From: Octopus vulgaris
Lineage: Eukaryota
Reading direction: 5' to 3'
Assembly (NCBI GenBank): GCA_951406725.2
Contig: OX597820.1
Location: forward strand, 77,810,001 to 77,874,000
Length of the DNA: 64,000 nt
A model generated the notes under the pieces. It was not told the DNA's origin. It did not search any database and worked only from the letters and a program-made list of their open reading frames with translations. The stretch's first letter is position 1. Each line of letters begins with the position of its first letter. The position numbers and the translations under genes are program-made. Below, in pieces: positions 25,033 to 37,280 of this stretch.

Positions 25033-26150
25033 ACAGTCACGCATGGGAATCCAGCCAAAGGTGTAATGAAGAACCGCATGGAGGCGGTGACCGATATAGT
25101 CTGACCACACGACTCTCCATAACTCTCGGCAGAGAAAATGAATGAATGATTACCTACAGTTTGTCGAAGTTTCTGATATAAAATAGTAAGGGAATATTTA
25201 ATTGCAGTAAAGATTATTTGCCAATGTAACATGGCAGTTCTTGTTTAGGACGAATGTTGCTGTAATTTAGCCCCAGGACTGCCATGTTATGTTGGCAAAT
25301 AATCTTTACTCCAAAGTGCTGTTGCTGAATATCTCTCGCTGTGAGATTTACAAATGGGAATTTTCTGATATTTAATTATTTTATTCTTTTTTACTCTTTT
25401 ACTTGTTTCAGTCATTTGACTGCGGCCATGCTGGAGCACCACCTTTATTCGAGCAATCGATCCCAGGACTTATTTTTGGAAGCTTAGTACTACTTATCCT
25501 GGGAGCAATCGATCCCAGGACTTATTTTTGGAAGCTTAGTACTACTTATTCTATCGGATTTCTTTTGCCGAACCGCTAAGTTACGGGGACGTAAACACAT
25601 AGCCATCGGTTGTCAAACGATGTTGTAAGTGGGGCAAACATAGACATACAAACATATACACAAACGTACATATATATATATATATATATATACATATCTA
25701 CGAAGGGCTTATTTCAGTTTCTGTCTACCAAATCCACTCACAAAGCTTTGGTCGGCCTGAGGCTATGGTAGAAGACGCTTGCCCAAGGTGTCACGCAGTG
25801 GAAATGAACTCGGAACCATGTGGTTGGTAAGCAAGCTCCTTACCACACAGGCACTCCTGCGCGTTGATAATGTCTTAGTATCTATAAAAAGGTTAATGGA
25901 ATTTTACGGATATTATGGTTATATAGATAGTGTTGGGTCTTTGGAATTTTGATTTACAAGCCAAAAGATATACCAAAGATCAAAATTTATAACTGAGAGC
26001 AAATGGACCTCAGCAACTTCGACAAACTGTAGCTAATCATTCATTCATTTTCTCTGCCGAGAATTATGTACATTCGTATGGTCAAACTATTCAAGTACGT
26101 CAGAGACAACTGTCATTACACCGTTTAGCTAGATTCCAATGCGTGACTGT
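25033..26150. repeat. Long inverted repeat (arms ~25033-25175 and ~26011-26150) with an inner hairpin and an inserted SINE
   Basis: 25124-25171 matches the reverse complement of 26015-26062 at 47 of 48 nt. An inner palindrome spans 25206-25309. Confidence 0.88.
25385..25863 (-). mobile_element. SINE family C (CORE-like), full length, with internal ~47-bp duplication and (TA)n
   Basis: Head CGCAGGAGTGCCTGTGTGGTAAG, CORE-like CACCTTGGGCAAG and tail GGTGCTCCAGCATGGCCGCAGTCAAATGACTGAAAC. GAGCAATCGATCCCAGGAC..TACTTAT is duplicated. Confidence 0.85.
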
Positions 26151-26519
26151 ACAGTCCCAACTGAAATGTGGACATTATCTGACCAGGTTATGTTTGATGT
26201 ACACTTATGTTTCCTTCCGGTTGACTCAGGCTTAAAAATCCCTCTTGCATTCCTGTGGCATTCCAATTATATCAGTCTTAGTAAAGGATTTGTGATGTCT
26301 AAATATGGAGAAGTAGGTGTTCAACAAAACTATTCTCGCCCACATCAGCGAGGGATAGCAAGGGATGCATTCAGATTTTAGCGACAAGGGTCCGTTTGAA
26401 AAACATATATTGCAGGCTGTAACCCAAAGCTTGTGCAACGAGCAAGCTGCTCTGGGAAACGTGAGATGGAAGCACAAAGAATACAGGAATGATAATTATT
26501 ATAATTTCTACTCTAGGTG

Positions 26520-26934
26520 GGGAAAGAGGCTAGTCGATTACATCGACCCTAATCTATAACGGGTATTTATTTCATTGATCCGAAAGGATGAAAGGCAAAG
26601 TCGACCTCGGTGGAATTTGAACTCAGAACGTAGCGGCAGAGGTATGCCGGTAAGCATTTCGCCCGGCGTGCTAAAGATTCTGCCAGCTCGCATCCTTAAT
26701 GATAATAATTATCCTTACTACTGGAAACGCGAGGCCTCAAATTTTGGGGAAAGGATTAAGTTGTTTACATCGACTGCATTGTGTAACTGGTACTTATTTC
26801 ATCGACCGCGAAAGGATGGAAGGCAAAGTTGACCCCGGTGGAATTTGAACTCAGAACGTAACGGCAGACGAAATACCGCTAAGCTTTTCGTCGGTCGTGC
26901 TAACGATTCTGCCAGCTCACAGTTTTTATTATAA

Positions 26935-27007
<73 letters not shown>

Positions 27008-27110
27008 CCCTTGTACTATACGCACAAGGCCTGGAATTTTGGGTTGAGGCCAGTCGGTTACATCGACGCCAATACGCAACTGTTGCTTAATTTATCGATC
27101 CCGAAAGGAG
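26520..27110 (-). mobile_element. SINE family B, two copies plus a fragment around (AAT)n
   Basis: GAAAGGATG(A/G)AAGGCAAAGT..GGAATTTGAACTCAGAACG..GTGCTAA.GATTCTGCCAGCTC occurs twice. Confidence 0.8.
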
Positions 27111-27227
27111 GAGCCCATCACAATATCATGTTCAATACTACCGCTATGAGAAGTTTTCGGTGATTTTTGCCACATATTGTCAAGTGATATATGGCTGGGT
27201 TCTTGCCCATTATATGTAACTAGTATG

Positions 27228-27563
27228 GAGGAATAATTTCCCAGTGATTAGTGCAGCAGACTCGCGGTCATAGGATTGCAGTTTCGATTCCCACACCAAG
27301 CGCTGTGAATGTTTATGAAGCGAAAACACTTAAAGTTCCACGAGGATCCGGAAGCGGGGTTGCGAACCCTGCTGTATTCTTTCACCACAACTTTCTCTCA
27401 CTCTTTCTTCCTGTTTCTCTGGTACCTGTATTTCAAAGGGCCAGCCTTGTCACACTCTGTATCACGCTGAATCTCCCTGACAACTACGTTAAGGGTACAC
27501 GTGTCTGTGGAGTGCTCGGCCACTTGCACTGGATCCCTCGTCGTCGTAACCGAAGGAGTGCCA
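27228..27563 (+). mobile_element. SINE family A
   Basis: Matches 1170-1542, with a short internal deletion near the tail. Confidence 0.85.
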
Positions 27564-27577
27564 TGATGACGATGTAA

Positions 27578-28315
27578 CTAGTAGAACCCTTGAAAATTCC
27601 ACAGAACGGAAAGGATTAAGACAAGTTAAATGATTGCATTTTTATTGTTATTTTCCTAAGTTATTTCACGTGACTATATTATAATATATGATTTTAAAAT
27701 TTCTCTTTACATATCTCTCTTTATCGCTACTTCTTCAACAAACATTTTAACCATGTAATTCCCGTCTTCAGGTCTTTAATATTTCTCTCTTTCCCTTCTC
27801 CTCTCCCTTCCACTGACTGACAGTATAATGCATCGGCTGGCTATCTCCTCTGTCACTTACTCTCACTCCATCTCATCCTCTCCAGCATACTAAAGCGGGA
27901 AGTGTGAACGGACAGGTAGAAGGATATTACAGATTTAGTTCAGTAAAATAAAATTATTTTCACTATCAACACTGTCCATCTCTATCTGCTTTTCTTTAAC
28001 CTCACACTCTCCTAAAGATTATATCCTAAACAAATCTCTTTCTCTTTACCTTTCCCTCCCCACCCTACAGCATGTCGTTAACACTTTACATTCCCTCTTT
28101 TCTCTCACCGTCTTTTCCTCTCGCCCTTCACCTTTTCCTTCAACCTGCCAGGTGACCCACTTGGCCTTATTATACATCTTTCTCTACTTCTTCCTCACTT
28201 ACTCCCTCTCTACTTACACTACCACTCCCTAACTTTTACTCCCCCTCTCACGCACTCCTTCTCCCTTACTAACTAAAGTATAACGAGTAAACGAACGAGC
28301 AGATTATTATACAGA
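27578..28315 (-). mobile_element. Non-autonomous Helitron-like element
   Basis: On the minus strand it begins A|TCTGTATAATAATC and ends ..TACTAG|T (5'-TC, CTAG-3', A/T insertion site, no TSD). The interior is purine-rich on that strand. The subterminal hairpin is degenerate. Confidence 0.5.
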
Positions 28316-29184
28316 TAAGAAAGTACAATTTACCATACAGTAATTATGTTGCCCAACAGTTTTGCATCGTTATATGAATGTCTGAAGGAATGATGTCTCT
28401 TCTTCTCCACTTACTCATAGCAACCAAATATAATTGGGCCCGTTCAGTCGATAATACTAATCTTCTGAAACGAAATTAGTCGTATAAGCTGTATTTAGTC
28501 AAAAGACGCCATTAAAATTGTCAATATTCATTGTAATGGTTATTCACCTGAGAATAGTAAAAAAATTAGTTTAGCGACGGCCCAAGTACTACTCTCACGT
28601 TTTTATAGATGTGATCTGTCATCGCGTTCACATTGATCTAAATATTTAACGAGAATACAATTGAAGATTTCTTTTCTTGTGTTTCAAAGAATATCTCTTC
28701 TTAATTGTTTATCATTTGATCTTTAATATTGTATTTTCATTACCTTATCTGATGTTTTACTTTTACTGTTATGAATCGACTTTGATTTCTATAGATATTC
28801 GCTTTATTGTTTGCCTTTGTTTATATCGTTTCTGAATATAATATCATTGTTTTTACGCTCTTGAGTCATTTTTCAGGCGCGATTGTAATTTTCTTTATAC
28901 TTTTATGTAAAAGAGATTTTCATTTTCTTTTTTCTTCTTCATTGTTAAAGATAGAAATCTAAACTAACTTTATGCTTATTGATTTGAGTGGCTTTTATTG
29001 ATCTCAAAGACTTGTAGGTGCGAGCAGCGAATTGTTATAGAATGTTCGTGTTGAGCTTATTCAGCAACGCTTGGCAGGTTCCCAGAGTTTCTTCGACCTT
29101 GTCTAACCAATATTTTTACAAGATAATTATATATTTTTCTCGTGATGAATAGCTTTGTGTTGTGATAATGGTTTCTTAACCGTA

Positions 29185-29256
<72 letters not shown>

Positions 29257-29293
29257 CAGCAGTAGTAGTAGTGGTAGTAGTAGTAGTAGTAGC

Positions 29294-29337
<44 letters not shown>

Positions 29338-29420
29338 CAGCAGTAGTAGTAATTGTAGTAGTAGTAGTAGCAGTAGTAGTAGTTGTAGTAATACTCATAA
29401 TAATAATAATCATAATAATC

Positions 29421-29454
<34 letters not shown>

Positions 29455-29470
29455 GAAAGAAAGAAAGAAA
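29185..29470. repeat. (TAG)n-(TAA)n-(AAAG)n compound microsatellite
   Basis: Directly visible. Confidence 0.95.
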
Positions 29471-29489
29471 CAAGATACAAGATACAATA

Positions 29490-30548
29490 TACAAGAAACA
29501 AGCACAGAAAAAGCTAGGCGCATGAAAACCCATGCCAAAACTGCGGCCTTAGATATTCTGAATAATAAATGGCAAGAAAAACCTCTCTATGGCAAATACC
29601 CAAAGAGAGCGAATAATGCAGATATCGACAAAGCCCTGACCCATCAATGGCTAATGGCCTCTGGCTTAAAATCTGAAACAGAGGGGTTTATCATAGCAGC
29701 TCAAGATCAATGCCTACCAACAAGAAACTACCAGGCCAACATATGGTAAAGATCAGAAGCAGTCCAACGTGTCGAGTATGCAAGCAACAAAATGAAACCA
29801 TTGACCATGTGGTCTCCAAGTGCAATCTTCTAGCGCCTACAGAGTATCTCAACAGTCACGATAGAGCTGCACAATATATTCACTGGGTAATCTATAAAAA
29901 CCTGGATTTGCCCCATGAAAAAAACTGGTGGGAACACAAACCACCCCCAGTGCTTGAAAATGACCACATCTCACTCCTCTGGAACTTCACCATTCAAACT
30001 GACAGGAAGATAGATGCAAATAGGCCAGACATCATATTGAAAGACTTCAAACAAAGAACATGCCTCCTCATTGATATGACTGTCCCAATCGATATAAACG
30101 TATCTGTCAAGACCTACCAAAAACTGAGCAAATATAAAGATCTTGAAATAGAAATCAGCAAAATGTGGAAGCTGAAGACTAAAACAATACCTGTTGTCAT
30201 AGGTGCCCTGGGAATGATAGCAAAAGGGGCTGATAGCTACCTAACTCAGATACCAGGAAACCCCAAAATGGCAGAAGTTCAAAAGATAGTGCTCATGGGA
30301 ACTGCTCATATCCTACGCAAAATACTCTCTATGTAATCTCAAGGTTTAAAAAAAACATAATTTTCTGTTTAAAAAAAAAAAAAAAAACCTTTTTTTTTTA
30401 GACATTCATTAGTACAACATCCCCACCCCCAAATATATGGCACACTAGGCATAACAACAACATGAACTTCCAACCCTGTTGTCTCTTGAGGTCTCTGGGT
30501 GAGACTTGGAGCCAACTTGTACAAATATAAAGCAAAAGTCAAACATAG
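29490..30548 (+). mobile_element. R4/Dong-like family B, 5'-truncated (CCHC + REL endonuclease + 3' UTR)
   Basis: WQEKPLYGKYP..ETEGFIIAAQDQ, CRVC..DHVVSKC, RPDIIL..LIDMTVP..KYKDL..ILRKILSM*. One frameshift. Followed by (AAT)n. Confidence 0.92.
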
Positions 30549-30591
30549 AATAATAATAATAATAATAATAACAATAATAATAATAATAATG

Positions 30592-30676
<85 letters not shown>

Positions 30677-30678
<2 letters not shown>

Positions 30679-31046
30679 CTTTCTAATTGATGTATCAATA
30701 CCAGCAGATGACAACGTGTCTAAAAGAAATGGAGAAACTTTCAAAATACAAAGACCTGTAAATAGAGGTAACTCGAATATGGAATCTAAAAACAGAAACA
30801 ATTCCTATCATAGTAGCCGCATTAGGTATGATAAAAAATATTCAGACAAATACATAACAAAAACACCAGGACGTACAAATATATATAACATACAGAAAAT
30901 TGCACTTCTGGGTACTGCCTATATCATACGCAAAGCTCTCTCAATACAGTAACATTAAGAGCATCACAACAAACCACAGCACATACCCAAGGCACACACA
31001 GCTGCGCTCGGTAGTGAAGTGAAAGCACGCTATAAAAATAAAACTA

Positions 31047-31050
<4 letters not shown>
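30677..31050 (+). mobile_element. R4/Dong-like family D, 3' fragment between two (AAT)n tracts
   Basis: CFLIDVSIPADDNV..IQKIALLGTAYIIRKALSIQ*, then 3' UTR and (AAT)n. Confidence 0.85.
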
Positions 31051-31115
<65 letters not shown>

Positions 31116-31672
31116 TGTTGTTGTTGTTGTTAGACAAATTGTATATCAAAAAGATAGTTTCCCTATTGTCTTAGTGTGATAGTATTTTATTTATTTTCCA
31201 TATCAGAGCGTGGAATGGATATAGTAAATATAGTTGCTATCATAGGATGACTGCTGCATATCTATCATTGAGGTATCATTAGAAAATAAACCTTTAAGTG
31301 ATACGAAATAAGATTTTAAGTGGGGAATCTGACTACCGTCACACAATCAGTTTAGCGTTCCTCACTCATTTCTATAGTATTGGCAGTAATATCGATTCTG
31401 TAAATTGTCTGATGCTTATAGCGAAATATTTTAAGATATAATCCGTATTTCTTTTACGAACATTAACATCGCCTCGGATGGGATTTTCATTCGGAACTAA
31501 GTGGACCAAATGTAAATCCATATATACGTTTTTATCAACATCGCCTTTCATTTCCTTCCACTTAACTAATTCATTAACAATAGCGTACCTATAGCAATGA
31601 TAATACACGATAACAATAAAAGCTAGAATGCTTAATAAGCGATTTGCAGACTAAAACAACATTAACAGCGGT

Positions 31673-31848
31673 GGAGGTGCAATGGCCCAGTGGTTAGGAC
31701 ACGCGGTCGTGAGAACGCGGTTTCGATTCCCAGACCAGGCATTGCGAGTGTTTATTGAGCAAAATCACATAAGCTCCACGATGCTCAAGCGGGAGGGGAG
31801 TGAACCCCACAATACTCTTTCACCACAACTTTCTCTCACTCTTTCTTC
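31673..31848 (+). mobile_element. SINE family A, 5' part
   Basis: GGAGGTGCAATGGCCCAGTGGTTAGG..GGTTTCGATTCCC. Confidence 0.8.
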
Positions 31849-33220
31849 CATGGTATAACCACACTATGGTGTGGTAAAACTTTCAGACCCTAGTCTAGAT
31901 TGCGAATCTTCTGTACCTTAAGGTGTTTCAGCTCTCCACCCGTTAAAGGCCACCGTTTACGGAATGAGGATAACAACGTAGCTTTCGCACCCGTGCAACC
32001 GCCAGTCTATCGCGTGTGGTGGGTGGAACTTCAAGTTGCCACACGCATACTTAGTAGCTAAGAGTAGGCTCGTATTAGAGCTTATTCTTTGTGGCTAATG
32101 GTGTGAGTCCTGGTTAGAAGAAGAATACATCAACAGCGTGTATAGTACAATGCATTAGATGAGAATGATGAAAATAATACGGAGGAAGATGATGACGAGC
32201 AAGAGAGAAGGAATAGGTGCAGGATAAAAACATCATAATATAGACCCAATACCATAGATTTTCTGATAGTGTCATTCAAGTGCAGCAACACCACCATTAG
32301 AGACACCTATTTTATTTTATCTACCCCAGAGTGATGACGAGCGATGCTGATCCCTACGAGATTTCATCTTAGAACACTTATTCGGTCAAATTTACTTTCT
32401 TTAAGTCATCTCTAACACAGGCCCGGCCCATGACCTGAAATTTGAGGTCTCATTAGTTGAATAATTTAAAGTTATTCCTGCATTATTTTTATCGTCTTGG
32501 TATGATTGAAAAAAAGTTTAATTTGGCGTGATGCGATCTTGTAATTTGCAGACTGTAGCTAAATAACGCAAAACATTTTCCTCCCTAATCAGCAAACGAA
32601 TTGTACCCAAATGTTTTATATATTAGGAAAGTATAAGAAAAATACAGAATATTTGAAATCACTACATGATCTGAAATGGGATGTTTTACCTCAGTAACTG
32701 CAACAGAAAAACTGAGACATATTTCATTGATCAAATAAACAATTCGATCGTAAGATGTGTAGAGAAGAACAGTAATTTATTGTAAGGCAATATTTATTGA
32801 AAAATTGAAGTTGAGTAAAATGAGATTATATTTAACATGCCTGTTCATGTTCGCCGCGAAATCCCTATCTCTTGGTTATCTAAGATGTCGAGCTGAGGGA
32901 ATCATTACAGCATCGGTAAAAATTACTTCGCAGTTTTTTTTGGTTTTTTTTCTAGCTCTCTACATTCTGAGTTCAGACACCACCGAAGAAAAACTTTGCT
33001 TTTCTTCTTTCTGGGATCTATAAAATATAGGAGTAGCCAATCACCACTTCCCCTCAAAGTTGCGATCCTAGTGCCTAAATAATACGCTATTTAAAGAGAG
33101 TATCTCGTGTTGTTTTCACATTAAAAATAACAAGCTCATCTTTATCTAAACTGAAACTGACGATCAATGCAAATGAATACAAAGTGATAAACTGCTATAG
33201 ACACATAAACACCACATATA

Positions 33221-33575
33221 TAGTGGTATCAAAAAGTTCCCGGACTGTAGTGCACCAACACATGGCGGCTTACAGTTGCATGCGCAAGTGAGAGCTTGTA
33301 GTGACCTTCATGAGGCAATGTACCGAGTGACATTGCTGTTCTTATTTTGCAAGATTTGAAATTTGTGTTTTTGTAATCACGTGTATGCTATTATCTGCGA
33401 TTTTGTCACGGACAGAAACAATGAGCCAATGTACAATTTTACGTTAAACTTGGGAAGTCTGCTACAGAGATATTGAGCATGCTTTAGCAAGCTTACAGCG
33501 ACGAAGGAATGGGTCGTACGCAATGTTTTGAGTGGTACGGACGCTTCAAAAGCGGGATACCATCCCTGAAAGACC
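33221..33575 (+). mobile_element. Mariner-like transposon 5' fragment (second family)
   Basis: TIR-like start TAGTGGTATCAAAAAGTTCCCGGACT after TA. Translation FYVKLGKSATEILSML.QAYSDEGMGRTQCFEWYGRFKSG matches the mariner N-terminal HTH region. Confidence 0.75.
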
Positions 33576-35759
33576 TTGAGCATTTAGAATATTTGTGCCA
33601 GATACGGCCGGTTTAAATGCAAAACGATTGAATATTATTGTCTTAAACAGAGGATTAATGGTTTGCTTAATATTTTGCGTTATAAATGAGTTATGTTCTT
33701 TATAACCATTATACTGTAAAAGAATGGAAAAGCTGTATTACTAAGCAGAAAACTAGTCATAAATGAAGAAGGGGCGGTTGTATTGAGTGTCCTTGCCCAG
33801 TTTGTATTTAACGTGCCAATTGTGATGGGTTTGTCGCAATACTCTATCGAGTAATTCACTAAATTATACAAGGGGTTATTTTTAGGTTTTGATCAGTCTT
33901 GTTGCTTTATAAACAATATACTAAACTATACAGTAGTTCGGGGATATTTCTCACATTGTAGAACGTCAAAAATATAAACCATACCAAATGCTGAGAGTAA
34001 TACACTGGAAACATCAACATAAGATAGTTAATCTAAAACGTATATGATCGTTTAACAAAGAAATAATCATAATTCAAATGTTTACGTTTGAAGTCATGAA
34101 TAAATTTGAAATGATGGCATTTAGGTGCTTCCATAATACAATAAATCGGAATATTTCAAGTTGTTCGAAAATTAGGAGCAAAAGACGAACATCCATCATT
34201 CAACCAATACGAAGTACACCGATCGCAAGCTGAGAAAAATTGTATTCATTTTATCTGTATATGGAGTAAGGAAAGCATAATGATAGCACTTTCTGAAACT
34301 GCTGAGAAGATCCATTGAGACAAACAGATAAGTAAAATCTAAGAGGAAACTGAATATATTATATTTGTAACTTGATTTCTCCATCGTAGACACTAAAGGA
34401 AATATATATACAAATATGAAATATCAAAACAGCATGCACCATAAGTGGTCTATTTAAGTTGACAATTCTTTACATCGTGGTTTAGTGACTCTATGTTCCA
34501 GACAACTAATTGAGAATACATAGAAATGACAGTTAGGCGAATTACATCCATAGAAAGTTACGTATGAAAAGGAAGTCCCCTAGAAACAGACAAGAGTCAT
34601 TAGCATTCTACTGAGAGTGTTATAATGAATGACAATGGCGTGTATTTCGTGGATGTATAAACACACACTGATAAGAACATAACTGTAGACAGCTCTCTTG
34701 TTATAAGTGGTGTAGCATTAACAGATTTTAAATTTATCGATATCACTTGCCAGTCAAACACATACATCACTTTAAGTGAAATAGTTTCAAATATAAAGAA
34801 TTTATAAATAGAATTTTTAACAGTTGTTTAGAAAATTTGTTAAATAAGTGCTTAATACCGACACGAAATATTCATTCTCCTCATATGAACATTCACAGAA
34901 CTCATGCGTAATTCAAAGAAGAATATTGAAACACTGCACTCTGTGCGTGAGATTTCTTTCTTCATGGCTGTCTTTTTAACGTATATTGTGCGTTTAAATT
35001 TACGCTATACTAATGGTTAATGAATGGCATCGGCAAAAATTATGCTGAGACCAAGTTGAAAATTGCGATAAAAATTATTGGAAAATTAGTCACGTGCCCA
35101 CATATTTTGCGACTGTAAACAAAGTTTTTAAAATAGTATTGTAGTTAGAATGTTGGATTGTAGTTAAAAAGTAGATCAGCATTTTCTCTAAGTAAAAATG
35201 CATCCTAGAATGTACTTGAAATGAGAGCAATGGCATTTCTCTTTCGTGTAATATTTTTTATCTACCCTAAGGTTGACAAATACGACAAGTAGAGTGTAAT
35301 AGATTTGTGGAATTGTTAAAGAATGGAGAATATATCTCGTGGTGGATGTTCTCGCCATTTAAGTTTGAATTCAAGTTATAAGAAGTTACTAGGGTAAAGA
35401 TTAATAACCCAGCCATATGCGCCGCATCCAACAGGCATTTAACCAGCGCAGATAATTAGGCTTACAGTGGGCATTCATGACGATGCAACCACATGATGAT
35501 CGAATTCAGCGGAATGGCGCGCTCGATTAAGTTGATTTTAATATTTGAATACTATGTGAAGGACTGGATATGGCATGGCAAATGATGTGCAGATCTGCGT
35601 AGACCTGCACTGACGCTGCGACTCCAGTGTTTCTTTGACAGTGAACAAGTGCTGTCACTGTTTGCTACCAGCGCTTTTCATACCAAAACTCTTTCATAGA
35701 CCTACTGTTCTGGATCTAGTGTAGACGAATCAGGACATTTGTACACCTAGACTACCGTC

Positions 35760-36204
35760 AGAGACAACAAGTTGGAAGTTCATGTTGGTGTTATATTTGG
35801 TTTTGTACTTAGTGTTGTACTAGTGAATGCCTAAAGAATCATACACAAATTATGTTTGTTTTAAAACTTGAGTTTACATAGAAAGTATTTTGCGTAGGAT
35901 ATGAGCAGTTCCCATGAGCACTATCTTTTGAATTTCTGCCATTTTGGGGTTTCCTGGTATCTGTGTTAGGTAGCAATCAGCCCCTTTTGCTATCATTCCC
36001 AGGGCACCTATGATAACAGGTATTGTTTTAGTCTTCAGGTTCCACATTTTGCTGATTTCTGTTTCAAGATCTTTATATTTGCTCAGTTTCTGGTAGGTCT
36101 TGACCGATACGTTTATATCGATTGGGACAGTCATATCAATGAGGAGGCATGTTTTTTGTCTGAAGTCTTTTACTATGCTGTCTGGCCTATTCGCGTCTAT
36201 CTTT
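35760..36204 (-). mobile_element. R4/Dong-like family B fragment (REL domain), truncated at both ends
   Basis: ORF 35874-36134 is nearly identical to the C-terminus of 29710-30336. The 3' UTR is cut at TTGTCTCT. Confidence 0.9.
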
Positions 36205-37280
36205 TCAACACGTGACCGCCAACCATTTTAAGGCAGTTATTTGAGCAACAAAGCTTGTCTTCATTTCTTGTTATTTTCAGCATTCTTGAAAATCGAAAGA
36301 CATATTTATCTAGTAAATCTTATAAGACTCATCCCAGCAGAGAAATATTATCGATTCTCACTCATCATCGTTGTTCTAATAAAGTATTTCGCCTTCAGGA
36401 AACTACACGGAAGTCTGTATCATTAGCGCTTCTTGTTATCCGCACATGTATTAGAACGATATTGCACTCACAATATATTTCTTAATTAATATTATCAATA
36501 TATTTTTCTCACCGTGAGACTAAAAAGGTGTTTAAAAATATGAATATAAAATTATAATTAATGGTTATTTCGTTTAAAACTATTCAAGCAAGATATTAGA
36601 AATATGAACTTGACTAATGAAAATTATCAACAGCTCTGTAAAGCTAATCAGTACTTTTAAAATCTGAAGAACTTTATTAAACATTTTTATTGCTTGAAGA
36701 TAAATATTTAAAACCAGTTCGTTACGTTTGAATAGTCTCTACTGTAGCGTAATATAAAATTGCTTATAGTACGGTAACAGATATGTGCGTATCTACCTAT
36801 CTATCTTTTTATCTATCTATCTGTGTGTGTGTGTGTTTATGTGTGTGTATGTGTCCTTGTGTGGGTACGCTAAAATAAGTAAATGTCCGTATATCTTCTA
36901 AAATCATGTTTTAAAAAATGGGTTATTTGAGTCGGGTGCAGAAACTGTAAATATTTGGTGATGTACGTCACACTACCACATCTAGGCATGAATTGCTGTA
37001 AGCTGAAATTTTCCAGGTGATTAAATTGATAGATGTTTTCCCTGTGTGTGTGTGTGCGTATGTGTATATATGTGTGAGGGGCTGTTTCTCTGTTTATGTG
37101 TAAGTTTATGGATTGGTGTGATGTACTTAGAAACAGGAATAAAATTCATCAACGCATAAATTAATGTATTTTTGAAATATGTCATAAAATCGTAATTCCA
37201 ATTTGCACAGGTCCGTTTACAACTTCTGTGATAATAATTTTCTCTAATCTTGGCACTAGGTTGGCAATTTATAACATATA

